Below are positions 1 to 12,851 of a stretch of 64,000 nucleotides of DNA, piece by piece. Position numbers and translations under genes: made by a program. Source of the DNA: Octopus vulgaris (Eukaryota); NCBI GenBank assembly GCA_951406725.2, contig OX597827.1, forward strand, positions 68,510,001 through 68,574,000. Reading direction: 5' to 3'. The notes beneath the pieces are model-generated. The model was not told where the DNA came from. It was given only the letters and a program-made list of their open reading frames with translations, and made no database searches. Positions within the stretch are counted from its first letter, which is position 1. Every line of letters begins with the position of its first letter.

Positions 1-99
1 GTGTGTGCGTGTGTATATATATATATATATATACACATACGCGCGCATGTGTGTGTACATTGTGTAATATACATATGTATGTGTGTGTGTATGTTATGT

Positions 100-319
100 C
101 TCTTTTACTCTTTTACTCTTTTACTTGTTTCAGTCATTTGACTGCGGCCATGCTGGAGCACCGCCTTTAGTCGAGCAATTCGACCCCGGGACTTATTCTT
201 TGTAAGCCCAGTACTTATTCTATCGGTCTCTTTTGCTGAACCGCTAAGTAACGGGACGTAAACACACCACCATCGATTGTCAAGCAATGGTGGGGGGACA
301 AACACGGACACACAAACAT

Positions 320-364
<45 letters not shown>

Positions 365-486
365 TACGACGGGCTTCTTCCAGATTCCGTCTACCAAATC
401 CACTCACGAGGTGCCACGCAGTGGGAATGAACCCGGAACCATGTGGTTGGTAAGTAAGCTACTTACCACACAGCCACTCCTGCGCC
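100..486 (-). mobile_element. tRNA-derived SINE family A copy
   Basis: Reverse complement starts GGCGCAGGAGTGGCTGTGTGGTAAG (A-box-like) ... GGTTC (B-box-like), has an internal TA/CA microsatellite and an (AAAAGAGT)n tail; homologous to copies at 2594, 16513, 42292 and 50207. Confidence 0.9.
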
Positions 487-804
487 TGTCATTTTTGTTT
501 CAGAAAATGTTTTGACTAAATCAATATGATACGTAAAACGAAACATTACGCAATTCTCTCCATCTCTCCAGCTAAATTACACACACGCGCAGCTTTCATA
601 TGAATAGCTTTACAGCATGTGTGCATATGAGTGCATACACATGTGTGCAGTGTATTGATGGCTATTGAAGTCACATTAATTTATAGAACAATCGAGAACC
701 ATATTGAAGCCATTCACCGACGTTTTCTTTGTAATCCGTTTAATTGGTGTATATTGTTGGGTATTAATAGAGGTTAGCTGTTAGGCTTTGTATGTATGTG
801 AATA

Positions 805-955
805 TCTATTATATAAAATTCGTTCTGTCTGTCTTTGTGTGTGTGTCTTCTAGGATCTCGGGCATCCTCCATCTGATTGCACTCAAATTTGACATGTAGA
901 TACCGACGGTATCAGAGCGTGTATAAGTCTTGAAAAAATTACGTCTGAATCGATT
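805..955 (+). mobile_element. 5' part of a non-autonomous Helitron-like element (family H2)
   Basis: A|TC start, TATATAAAA, GTCT/GT microsatellite, then a block nearly identical to ~50870-50965. Confidence 0.65.
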
Positions 956-959
956 AATT

Positions 960-1255
960 GATGAAGCTTAGTTTTTGATGAATTGAACGTCGCAAGCCAT
1001 CTCCTACCCCACTCAACAATAGATCGAAGATCATTCTCAAGGTTAGGAGCGATCTCAACCTTATCAGTCGAGTCGTCAGATTTGTCCAAACAAGAACACA
1101 AAGTAGAGTCATCAGCATAATGATCAGGCAGATCATTGATAAAAAGAAGAAAAAGAGTTGGGCCCAGGATAGATCCTTGGGGAACCCCAGCATTAATAGA
1201 ATAACTAGATGAAGATTGATCATCAAGAACAACCTTGATCCTACGGTTATAAAAG
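960..1255 (-). pseudogene. CR1/L2-group LINE reverse transcriptase fragment
   Basis: ORF 883..1293 contains GVPQGSILGPTLFLLFINDLPD, YADDSTL and W..RWL..FNSSKTK (RT domains 4-7) with an internal deletion. Confidence 0.85.
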
Positions 1256-1341
1256 GAAAGAGGGTGAAAACTGCTTAGCATTTTGTCCGGCATGCTAACG
1301 ATTCTGCCAGCTCGCGGCCTTAACTTCTGTAAATAATAATG

Positions 1342-1406
<65 letters not shown>

Positions 1407-1410
<4 letters not shown>

Positions 1411-1665
1411 TGTTTGTTTTAAACCTTGAGATTACATAGAACGCAAAATACTTTCTATGTAATCTCAAGGTTTAAAACAAACATTTTTTAAAAAACTTAT
1501 TTATTAGACATTCACTAGTACAACACCAAAAATACCCCAAATATATGGCACACTAGGCATAACAACAACGTGAACTTCCAACCTGTTGTCTCTTGAGGTC
1601 TCTGGGTGAGACTTGGAGCCAACTTGTACAAAAATAAAGCAAAAGTCAAACATAGAATAATAATA
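1407..1665 (+). mobile_element. 3' end of an R4/Dong-like LINE in (AAT)n, with a 5' fold-back
   Basis: CGCAAAATACTTTCTATGTAA reads RKILSM*, like the RRTLSIQ* end of the ORF at 57074; the 3' terminus is shared with 25352-25420; AAT repeats on both sides. Confidence 0.6.
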
Positions 1666-1859
1666 TATTATTATAAGCTTAAAACTTATAAGCGATCACC
1701 ATATATTGACTAAAGAAAATACATATTGAGAAAATAGATATTGAGGCATATAAGCCCTCAACGAAAAAGAAGTGGGTTCTCCGTACGGTTTTCTGTTTTC
1801 GCGACAAGTGCGCACTTTTGTTTTCTTGTGCGACAATTATCATCTGCAACGATGTGAGT

Positions 1860-2155
1860 GAAAGTGCATGGTCTGGTTGTTAGTGTGTTGCACTCATGAT
1901 CGCAAGCTTCTAGTTTCGATTCCCAGTTTGGCGTTATGATCTTGAGCCAAGCACTTCATTTTACTTGGCTCCAGTCAACTCACTCATAAAAGGATTAACC
2001 CTGCGACGGACTTGTGTTCCATTCGTGGGGAATGTCCATTTTCTTTTCCACCTAGTCAACGGAGTGACACAATTCGATAACTACAACAATGCGAGGAAAT
2101 GCATTGTGACCAGCGATGTATAACAATATCAGATAATCAGATCGATACAGTGATG
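1860..2155 (+). mobile_element. Diverged SINE family C copy
   Basis: tRNA-like head (TGGTCTGGTTGTTAG...GTTTCGATTCC) and tail GCATTGTGACCAGCGATG shared with 33975-34286. Confidence 0.7.
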
Positions 2156-2467
2156 GAGTCATCATCTGCGATATGATTGCACTTGAGGTTTTATAAACTG
2201 TAGCTGGAGGACAAGTTATATGAATCTGTAATTTTTAGTGCTAACCAATCTGTTAATAATTACACCATGCCGCAAATGCTTTAATATTTTTTTCCAATAA
2301 TGTATGCAGAATTTTTAACCTTAACTAATATACCAAATATATTGACCTTAATATTTGAACCCGGTGACTCATTGTTATTCCCACGCTATCTAGGCCGTGA
2401 TTGCAGTAGTTGTGACGTAGGCTGGTTTGCCAAATCAAATTCACAAAGTATTGAAATCGCTAGAATA

Positions 2468-2593
<126 letters not shown>

Positions 2594-2961
2594 GGCGCAG
2601 GAGTGGCTGTGTGGTAAGTAGCTTGCTAACCAACCACATGGTTCCGGGTTCAGTCCCACTGCGTGGCATCTTGGGCAAGTGTCTTCTGCTATAGCCCCGG
2701 GCCGACCAATGCCTTGTGAGTGGATTTGGTAGACGGAAACTGAAAGAAGCCTGTCGTATATATGTATATATATGTATGTGTGTGTGTGTGTCTGTGTTTG
2801 TACACCTAGCATTGCTTGACAACCGATACTGGTGTGCTTATGTCCCCGTTACTTAGCGGTTCGGCAAAAGAGACCGATAGAATAAGTACTAAAGGCGGTG
2901 CTCCAGCATGGCCGCAGTCAAATGACTGAAACAAGTAAAAGAGTAAAAGAGTAAAAGAGTA
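2594..2961 (+). mobile_element. SINE family A copy (internal deletion)
   Basis: Full head, body, internal microsatellite and (AAAAGAGT)n tail. Confidence 0.9.
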
Positions 2962-3877
2962 TATATATAGTTAGTAAGGAGAGACACAAATAAGAAAGAA
3001 GAAAGCAAAGGACCACTGATGCGGTCACAGGAGTGTGCCGAAAGAACTCGGGCCGAAATAAGATTAAGATTAATGTAAAAAATAAATAACACTGAAGAAA
3101 AGTAACACCAAATATATAGTGCGTGTGTTTTTATTGGCTAAACTGGCAAAATGACCATTCCGAAATACAACAATGTATATATTATCATTACTAGAAAATA
3201 ACATGGTCTAACTTTACCTAAAAACGAAGCCCAAATCTGTTTAATATAAGCTAGAATTTATACTGGTTGATACTAATAAGCGCTGACAGATTGAGGTACG
3301 GTAAATATATATATATATAGAATTCTAATTCTAGCAAAAATGTAGCTAAATTGGGAGCACAAGGTAGTTACCGTTCAACAGATGCCAATGGTGATCGTTC
3401 AGTGATGCCATTTATAAAGTTATAATCCTTCTAGCGCAGCTGGTTTTGCTCCAACCCCTAAAAGGTTTTATTACTATGGATTTACGAAATATCCTGCTAC
3501 TTTGAAATCAGTAAAACATAAGTAGACAACAGAAATAAACTGTATCAGATATCTAAGTCCATTGCTATTAAAAGTAGTAACAACTTGCTAACCACTTTAG
3601 TGGAAATGAGCTTTTTTGTATTTAAGTATAGAAAAACATAAATATCTGATTTAATTAAATCATTCACCTTTCTTGCTTCATTCACTCTTCATTCACTCCT
3701 TTAGTTTCATTCAATAAAACGATTTCATTCACCCTTGTGTGAGCCAATCACCAGTTTAAGAAGCGCTGGTGTAGAATACGTGCAATGTGAGCTGTGTTAT
3801 TTTTGTTGGCTGTCAGATGGCGAGTGAGCGGAATCTGTTCTGTCTAGTATTTTATAGATTCGTTTCGTGTTTCAATA

Positions 3878-4457
3878 AAGGCCAATAACTTCGGAGGAGG
3901 GAGTAAGTCGATTACATCAACCCCAGTGTTCAACTGGCACTTATTTTATCGATCCTGCAACGGATAAAAGTCAAAATCGACCTCGGCGGAATTTGAACTC
4001 AGAAGACGGACGAAATACCACCAGACGTTTTGCCCGGCGTGCTAACGATACGGCCAGCTCGCCGTCCAATAGTGTTTATATATTAATCCAGTCTACTATA
4101 GGCACAAGGCCTGAAATTTGTGGGGAGAGAGATAGTCGATTACATCGACCCCGAAAGGATGAAAGGCAAAGTCGACCTCGGCGGAATTTGAACACAAAGC
4201 GTAAAGAGCCGGAAGAAATACCGCTACGCATTGTGCCCGACGTGCTAACGATTCTTTTCTACTCTAGGCACAAGGCCCGACATTTTGGGGGAAGGGACCA
4301 GTCGATTAGATTGACCACAGTACGCAATTTATCGACCCCGAAAGGATGAAAGGCAAAGTTGACTTCGGTTGAATTTGAACTCAGAACGTAGCGGTAGACG
4401 AAATACTGCAAAGTATTTCGCCCGACGTGCTAACATTTCTGCCAGCTCGCCGCCTTG
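3878..4457 (-). mobile_element. Cluster of SINE family B copies
   Basis: Repeated GGCGGCGAGCTGGCAGAA...GTTCAAATTCCGCCGAGGTCGACTTTGCCTTTCATCCTTTCGGGGTCGATAAA core on the minus strand. Confidence 0.85.
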
Positions 4458-4557
4458 TATATATATATATAAATATATGTATGTATTTATGTATGTATGT
4501 ATGTATGTATGTGTGTGTGTCTGTGTTTCAGAAGCTGTAACTTCTGAAATATGCATA

Positions 4558-5157
4558 TCTATATATATAAAACTCAACTTGTGTGTCTGTGTGTGTATCT
4601 GTGTGTGTGTCTGTGTGTTTAACTTCCCGGCACATCTCCTCCTAGCCAACAAATCGTAGAACCACCAAAAATGGGTCACTTAAAGTTTAGGCGAATGAAA
4701 ATTGAACTGCGCTATTTCTGTTCCGAAATTCATCTTGCAAGTGCAAAAATCGATAATGTGTTTGTTTAGGCCTTATCCCATGCATTGAATAGTGAACTTT
4801 ACTCAGTCAGCTGTTTGACGTGAACTGTGTACACCACACATGCAAACATGCGTAAATTGCATGAAAAATCAAAAATCAAGATATAAAAACGAATCGCCGT
4901 AAACATTGTAGAAATTCGGCAAAGAAATGAATTTTCGGGATGTAGCCAGGAGGGTTTTTTTGTATTAATCGTTTGGACTTTGTGAACACATACCAATTGT
5001 TTTCATAACATTTTTAACGCTTTGAATTAAATGTGACCATTTTGCGTTGAGTCTGCAGTCTGAATCACTTTAACAAAATTTTAGCAGGCCGGATTTTTGA
5101 TCATCACGATACATCGCCAGCGACTCCCTGAAACTCTCCCCTGAAATCCCCTGCTAG
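4558..5157 (+). mobile_element. Possible non-autonomous Helitron
   Basis: A|TCTATATATATAAAA plus GTCT/GT repeats at the 5' end; candidate CTAG|T at 5154-5158 but no clear subterminal hairpin, so the right end is uncertain. Confidence 0.35.
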
Positions 5158-5363
5158 TACACCCTATTTTTCTATCTCCGATCTCATTGTTTCCACTGAC
5201 GTATTCATATATGAAACGTCGTAACTTATAGAACTGGCTCTATATTCTATATATATATTACTGTGTTACACTCGATACTCCTGTACTAGCATCGTTTCAA
5301 GTAATGTGGAGACAATGGGTGACAGAATTATTGTGTAGTGTGTGGTAAATTTTTAGTCTCTTT

Positions 5364-5414
<51 letters not shown>

Positions 5415-5614
5415 ATAACAGTCCATGGAATTTAGGTTTGTCACGCTTCAGTCCAATTGCATACAGAGCCATCTGTTACATGAGTGGAACTGCAAATTGA
5501 GTTAAAACATGTAATATAATATATTGAGCCATTACTTACTTCAGAACTGGTAAAAATCACGCAAGTACAAATGGAGTATACAATTTATACATACATGAAT
5601 ATACATATGTTGTA

Positions 5615-5691
<77 letters not shown>

Positions 5692-5696
5692 AAATA

Positions 5697-5729
<33 letters not shown>

Positions 5730-5919
5730 ATATATAAGTGCGTGAGAGTGCGTGTGTGTTTCTTTGTGTCTATGCTTATTCCCTTTCACCGTTTGTGTAG
5801 TGTGTGATAATTTTTAAATCTCTTTTATTTGTGTGTGTGTGTGTGTGTGTGCATATATGCGTGAGTGTGTGTGTATGCATATACATACACACACAATATA
5901 TAGATAGATATATAGATAA

Positions 5920-6000
<81 letters not shown>

Positions 6001-6017
6001 AATATATAAGAATATAC

Positions 6018-6065
<48 letters not shown>

Positions 6066-6535
6066 TGTGTAGGTGTGTGCGTGTGTGTTTGTGTGTTTGT
6101 GTGTGATTGTGTGTGTGTATGTGTGTGTGTGTTTGTGTGTGTGTGTGTATAGTCCAAATAAGTAGACGAAGAAAGGCTTCAACACATCTTTAACGATCAG
6201 TTACAATTATTTCTGTACCAACTCTGCTTTCAACGCCAGTTCACGTAAAAATTTCAAATGTAAATGTACGTAATACTTGCGACTTTAAAGCATTAGTGTG
6301 GCACATCCACAGACCTACATCACACACACACACATATATATATATACATGTGTGTGTGTATGTGTGCGTGTGTGTGTGTGCGTCTCTGTGTGTGTGCGTG
6401 CGTGTATGTGTGCATGTGTGTGCGTTTGTATGTACTGCTACAACCATCATATTCGAATGAAGAAACTGTTCAAGGGTGTTCTCCTTCCATAAAGAACAAT
6501 AACTCAGATTAAAAGTGAAACAGTCGCACACACAT

Positions 6536-6842
6536 GTGGAGGCACATGGCCAAGTAGTTAGAGCAGCGGACTTGCAGTCGAGGTATCGTGGGTTCGAATC
6601 TCAGACTAGGTGATGTGTATGTTTATGAGCGAAACACCTAAGCTCCACACGGCTCCGGCAGACGGCAATGGCGAACTTCTGCTGATTCTTTCGCCACAAC
6701 TTTCTCTCACTCTTTCCTCCTCCATCTTGCAGCTCACATGCGACGGACCGGCGTCCTGTACAGGTGGGGAACCTATACGCCAAGGAAACCGGAAAACCGG
6801 CCCTTATGAGCCAAGCATGGCTCGAGAAGGTCCAAACAAACA
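6536..6842 (+). mobile_element. SINE family C copy
   Basis: GTGGAGGCACATGGCC...GGTTCGAATC head; body homologous to 52903-53142 and 53833-54092. Confidence 0.85.
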
Positions 6843-6989
6843 ACACACATGCACACACTTCATCATCTCCTTCCGGTTTCTGACCAAATCAGGAACAAAA
6901 AATTGAGAGCAAAAAGGAAACATGACAAGCAGTCATCAGAGAGGCTGAGAGAAGGACAATATATAGCGGTAAATGCATCACGAAAACAA

Positions 6990-7875
6990 TCTTTTTATTA
7001 TTGGCAGAAGGCTTGAAATCTTGGGACAGAGGCCATGTCGATTACTTCGACTCCGACTCTTAAACTGGTACTTATTTCATCGACCCCGAAAGGACGAAAT
7101 GCGAAGTCGACCTCGGCGATATTTGAACTTAGAACGTAAAGATGGATTCTGTCTGTTCGCTGTCTTACATCACGAAATAATCCCTTTTTACTATGGGCAC
7201 AAATTCCACAATGCAGTTTTCTTCGACGCGCTAACGATTCTTATTTTATTTATTGTGTTTTTATTATCTTTTTATTGCCCACAAGGGGCTAAACATAGAG
7301 GGGACAAGTAAGGACAGGCAAAGAGATTAAGTCGATTACATCGACTCCAGTGTGTAACTGATACTTAATTTATCGATCCCGAAAGGATGAAAGACAAAGT
7401 CGACCTCGGCGGAATTTGAACTAATGATTCTGTCAGCTCACCGCCTTAAGTTCACCGTTGTGATTCTTCTCTACCACAGACACAAGACCTGAATTTTTTA
7501 AGAGAGAGAGAGGGGGGGAGATAGCTGATAACATTGAAACCAATACTCAACTGCTACTTATTTTATCGACCCCGAAAGGGTGAAAGGCAAAGTCGACCTC
7601 GGTGGAATTTGAACTCAGAATACAAAGACGGACGAAAAACCTATTTCTTTACTACCCACAAGGGGCTAAACACAGAGGGGACAAACAAGGACAGACAAAC
7701 GGATAAAGTCGATTATATCGACCCCAGTGCGTAACTGGTACTTATTTAATCGACCCCGAAAGGATGAATGGTAAAGTTGAACTCGGCGGTATTTGAACTC
7801 AGAACGTAACGGCAGACGAAATACCGCTAAGCATTTTCAGCGGCCTGCTAACGATTGAGCCAACTCGCCGCCTTA
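6990..7875 (-). mobile_element. Head-to-tail cluster of SINE family B copies
   Basis: Four copies of the B core with alternating tail modules. Confidence 0.85.
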
Positions 7876-8540
7876 ATCTCACCTTCCTGAATAGATGGAG
7901 TACATACTAACACACGTGAAAGATAAAGTACACACGGAGAGGAGAGGTTATAGAATTCATCTTCAAACTCCCAAAGACAAATTGTTAGTAAAAACGTTAC
8001 CAGACATCTACAGAATTCTAATACATAAATACTCATCCATGGAAAAGTTCTTTCATTGAAAATATAGACAAACGACTGTAGAAGACCATTTAAAGCAAAT
8101 TCTCCTGAAGAGAGGACCTAATAATTCGGTTTTCTCTATTGCATGGTCGCACCAGAAACCCCATTCGCAACAGAATCCACCTGTTCACATCACATCCACC
8201 TATTCACATATTCACAAGAATACCCAATTTCCGATGCAAATAACATATTGCGGCCAAAATTCACACTTTGACAATATGATCCCCGTATTCGCAACACAAC
8301 GCAAACACTCTCAATACAATACAAGTGTTCGCAACAAGATCGCATATTTGTAGGGTCGATTCTCATATTAACAAGACAATTATCCCATTTCCAATTTGCG
8401 ATGCAAATAACGCGTTTGCATCGTAATTCACGCTTTCGCAACACAACCCAGTCTCTACACAACACCCAAGTTCGCAATAAAGCTGCTTATTTGTGGTCCT
8501 ATTTCTATATCAGCATCGTTCAGAACACAATCTATAGGTA

Positions 8541-8711
8541 CACGGACGGGATGCCGAGTGCACCTTTGCCGAAGGACAAGAAACCGAAGCAAAGAAGCCG
8601 AACGGACAAGATGCCAAAAAGACAGTCGAAAATTAAAATTTACTCCTGTTAAATCTTAAATGCCAAATTGGTGGATTGGTCATTAAACTTTGTAGGTAGG
8701 AATGTTGTTGC

Positions 8712-8778
<67 letters not shown>

Positions 8779-8918
8779 GTATCCGTTCGGCTCTATGTCC
8801 TTTCGGCAGTGTGTCCTTTCAGCATGGTGTCCTTTCGGCTTTACGTCCGTTCGATATTGTGTCATTTCGGCTTCTCGGCTTCGTCTTCTTGTCCTTTGGC
8901 AAAACTGCATTATTATTA

Positions 8919-8997
<79 letters not shown>

Positions 8998-9007
8998 TAT
9001 TATTATT

Positions 9008-9051
<44 letters not shown>

Positions 9052-9112
9052 CATTATTATTACTATTATTATTACTATTATTATTACTATATTATTATTA
9101 TTATTATTATTA

Positions 9113-9179
<67 letters not shown>

Positions 9180-9389
9180 CATTATTATTATTATTATTAT
9201 TATTATTGTATCCGTCCAGCTCTATGTCCGTTCGGCTCTATGTCCTTTCGGCTTTGTGTCCTTTCGGCATTGTGTCCTTTCGGCATTGTGTCCTTTCGGC
9301 TTTACGTCCGTTCGGTATTGTGTCAGTTCGGCTTCTTGGCTTCGTCCTCTTGTCCTTTGGCAAAACTGCATTCGGCATCCTCTCCGTGC
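8541..9389. mobile_element. Fold-back/MITE-like element with imperfect long TIRs and 16-bp subrepeats, expanded by (ATT)n
   Basis: 8541-8625 (CACGGACGGGATGCCGAGTGCACCTTTGCCGAAGGACAAG) is the diverged reverse complement of ~9305-9389; (TGTGTCCTTTCGGCAT)-type subrepeats at 8779-8910 and 9208-9370; no TSD seen. Confidence 0.55.
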
Positions 9390-9858
9390 ATGAATTTAGA
9401 CGTCCACAACGCAGATGCCGCTATTTTACGATACATATCACACGTTTGCAACGTAATCTACGCATTCGCAACACAGCTCAAAGGATATCTCAACTCAATA
9501 CTCGAGCTCGCAACGAAAATCGGTCATTTACGGCACGATGCACATACATACATCATTCATCAAACTGCTCATACATTCTCCACACATTTCACACGTTCAT
9601 TCGGAATACAACATTACAATAGTGAAGCCGCCTAATATAACAAAACAAACAAGACGGATTGAAGAAGAACGAACGACACGTGGTCTAGGAACAACAATGG
9701 CTGAACGTAATTATGAATGCGTTTTGAATTGGAAATAAATAGATTAATAATGACACAAACTGTCTACATCTCAATCACACACACACTCTTTTTCTCTCTC
9801 CCCTTCTCTCACCTCTTCTCTCTCTTTCCTGCTCTCTCTCTCTCTATTTCTCCCTCTC

Positions 9859-9928
<70 letters not shown>

Positions 9929-10010
9929 CGTGTGTGTGTGTTTCTGTATATATATATATACATATGTATATATATATATAGAGATAGATAGATAGATAGA
10001 TAGATAGATA

Positions 10011-10085
10011 TGTTTCTTTATTAGCCACACAGGGCTGCACACAGATAGAACAAATTACAAGGTAGAGCTTTTCTTTTGAAGGTTT
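10011..10085 (-). mobile_element. Retroelement 3' tail (family D) in (GATA)n
   Basis: Minus strand ...TGTGTGCAGCCCTGTGTGGCTAATAAAGAAAC followed by (TATC)n; same block at 10682, 18003, 44721 and 45371. Confidence 0.7.
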
Positions 10086-10539
10086 AAAAAAAAAAAATAT
10101 AATAATAATAATAATAATAATAATAAAATAAAAAATAAAATAAAATAAAAAAGGGGGGGGAGATAGATAGATAGATAGATAGATAGATATGTGTATGTAT
10201 ATATATATATGTATATATGTGTATATGTATATATATGTATATATACATATACATAAATGGAATGCATATATATGTGTGTGTGTGAGTGTGTGTGTTTGTG
10301 TGTACGTATCTATGCGTGTATGTAAGTATGAAAGAATATGGAATGTATTATTTGAATAGTTTAAATTGTTCATGCTTACAACCTAATTAAAATTAAACAC
10401 TGTGTACGCGCGCGCATGTGTATGTATTATATATGTATCTGTTTATCTACTAGATAGAGACATAGATAGATAGATAAAAAGACAGACAGTTAAGCGGACA
10501 GACAGACAGACAAGCGGGCAGACAGATAGACAGATAGAC

Positions 10540-10626
<87 letters not shown>

Positions 10627-10681
10627 CAAGTACAGATGACAGACAGAAAGACAGACGAAAGATAGACAGACAGACAGATAA

Positions 10682-10900
10682 CTTTCTTTATTGGCCACAC
10701 AGGGCTGAACACAGAGGGGACAAATACAAATGTAGAGCTTTTCTTTTCGAAGATGGAAAAAGAAAAAAGGGGAAAAAAAGGAAACAAATGTAAAATTTTG
10801 ATCAAAAGGGATCGGGGAAAAGCGATCAAAAGGGAAGAATTTTTTTTTTTTTAAAGTAAGAAACAAGATTAGGTTCATCCGTGGAAAGAAAAGCTTACAG
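10682..10900 (-). mobile_element. Retroelement 3' tail (family D) in (GATA/GACA)n
   Basis: Same AATAAA-containing terminus, flanked on both sides by GATA/GACA repeats. Confidence 0.7.
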
Positions 10901-10902
10901 AA

Positions 10903-11002
<100 letters not shown>

Positions 11003-11336
11003 GCAGACAGACAGACATACAGACAGACAGACAGACAGACAGACAGGGTTCGATTTGAAGAAGGATTGCTTGTTATTTCGTTATCCCTAGCATGAAAATC
11101 GATCAAAAAGAGAGGACGTATCATCACTTGTAGCCTATGAGTTAAGGAGTTGCGTTCTCTCTCCATGAACCCTAGTTCAGCCAAACTTTGCCCCGGACAG
11201 ATTAGCACAAATTTATCACATAAGCATTCATTTGCAAGAGCAATCCTGATTGTCATTTAAGAATGCACTTGCGAAACCAAATGCGCCAATTATTACTCGT
11301 TTTCATGAGAATTTATAATCTGCATATAAAAGCTGG

Positions 11337-12395
11337 TATGTATGTATGTATGTATGTATGTATGTATGTATGTATGTATGTATGTATGTGTGTGTATGTA
11401 TGTATGTATGTATGTATGTATGTATGTATGTATGTATGTATGTGTGTGTATGTATGTATGTATGTATGTATGTATGTATGTATGTGTGTGTATGTATGTA
11501 TGTATGTATGTATGTATGTATGTGTGTGTATGTATGTATGTGTGTGTATGTATGTATGTATTTATGTATGTATGTGTGTGTATGTATGTATGTATGTATG
11601 TATGTGTGTATGTATGTATGTATGTATGTATGTATGTATGTGTATGTATGTATGTATGTATGTATGTATGTGTGTGTATGTATGTATGTATGTATGTATG
11701 TATGTATGTATGTATGTATGTATGTATGTATGTATGTATGTATGTATGTATGTATGTGTGTATGTGTGTATGTATGTATGTATGTATGTATGTATGTATG
11801 TATGTATGTGTGTATCTATGTATGAATGTGTGTGCATGTATGTATATATGTATGGATGGATGGATGTGTGTATGTATGTCATTGTTCAGTTTTATTTCAA
11901 GATTTCTTGCCAATAGAGAAAGAACCGGTTTCTAACCTTAATCCAAGGCTCCTTCATTGGAATTTCAACATCAACAACAGCGTATTATTATTTGTATGTA
12001 TGCATGTATGTATGTATGTATGTATGTATGCATGTATGTATGTATGTATGCATGTATGTATGCATGTATGTATGCATGCATGTATGTATGTATGTTTGTG
12101 TGTATGTATGTATGTATGTATGTATGTATGTATGTATGTATGTATGTATGTATGTATGTATGTATGTATGCATGTATGTATGTATGTATGTATGGATGGA
12201 TGGATGTATGTATGCATGTATGTATGCATGTATGTATGCATGTATGTATGTATGTATGTATATATGCATGTATGTATGTATGTATGCATGTATGTATGCA
12301 TGTATGTATATATGTATGCATGTATGTATGTATGTATGTATGTATGTATGTATGTATGCATGTATGTATGCATGTGTGAATGTATGTATTCCCAT
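11337..12395. repeat. (TATG)n microsatellite field containing a ~110-bp retroelement-like tail (family E, ~11878-11985)
   Basis: Direct reading; the embedded block recurs inverted at ~49660-49775, also inside (CATA)n. Confidence 0.85.
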
Positions 12396-12817
12396 GTGTA
12401 TACTTGAATAACTTAGACATGCTCATATATATTTAAATGATAAACTTCTGGAAAGTCTTACAGATTTTTACAGTTCCAGTGATGGCTTGGATCTGTAGTC
12501 TCCGAATCAGCTCCCCACTATGTATGTATGTATCTAAGAATGTATCTACGTCTGTATTTATGAAGATGTGTGTGTATGTGTACGTGCATGTATGTGTATA
12601 CGTAGGTTTTGAAGTGAGATAGAATAGGGATACGTAAAAATGTCACCCATCTCCCCGTTACCCTATTTCCAGACATAACAAGTCACATATTTTCGTCTTT
12701 GACTTCCAGCCTTTTCTTTCCTATTTCTCTATCCTCTCATGTGATGCGATTTCTCCCCCCCCCACCGCTCTCTCTCCCACTTTCCCACTTTCTTTCTCCC
12801 CTTCTCTCTCTCCCTCG

Positions 12818-12851
<34 letters not shown>

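Noticed and set aside
1700-1800. IEKIDIEAYKP resembling a GIY-YIG C-terminus
   Set aside because: Too short and degenerate to call
3740-3835. CCAATCA and AGATGGCG as a possible promoter
   Set aside because: Short motifs with no downstream gene evidence; also common in transposon remnants
5190-5226. CTGACGT...GAAACGTC hammerhead-like words
   Set aside because: Core mismatch, no stable stem II and poor stem I
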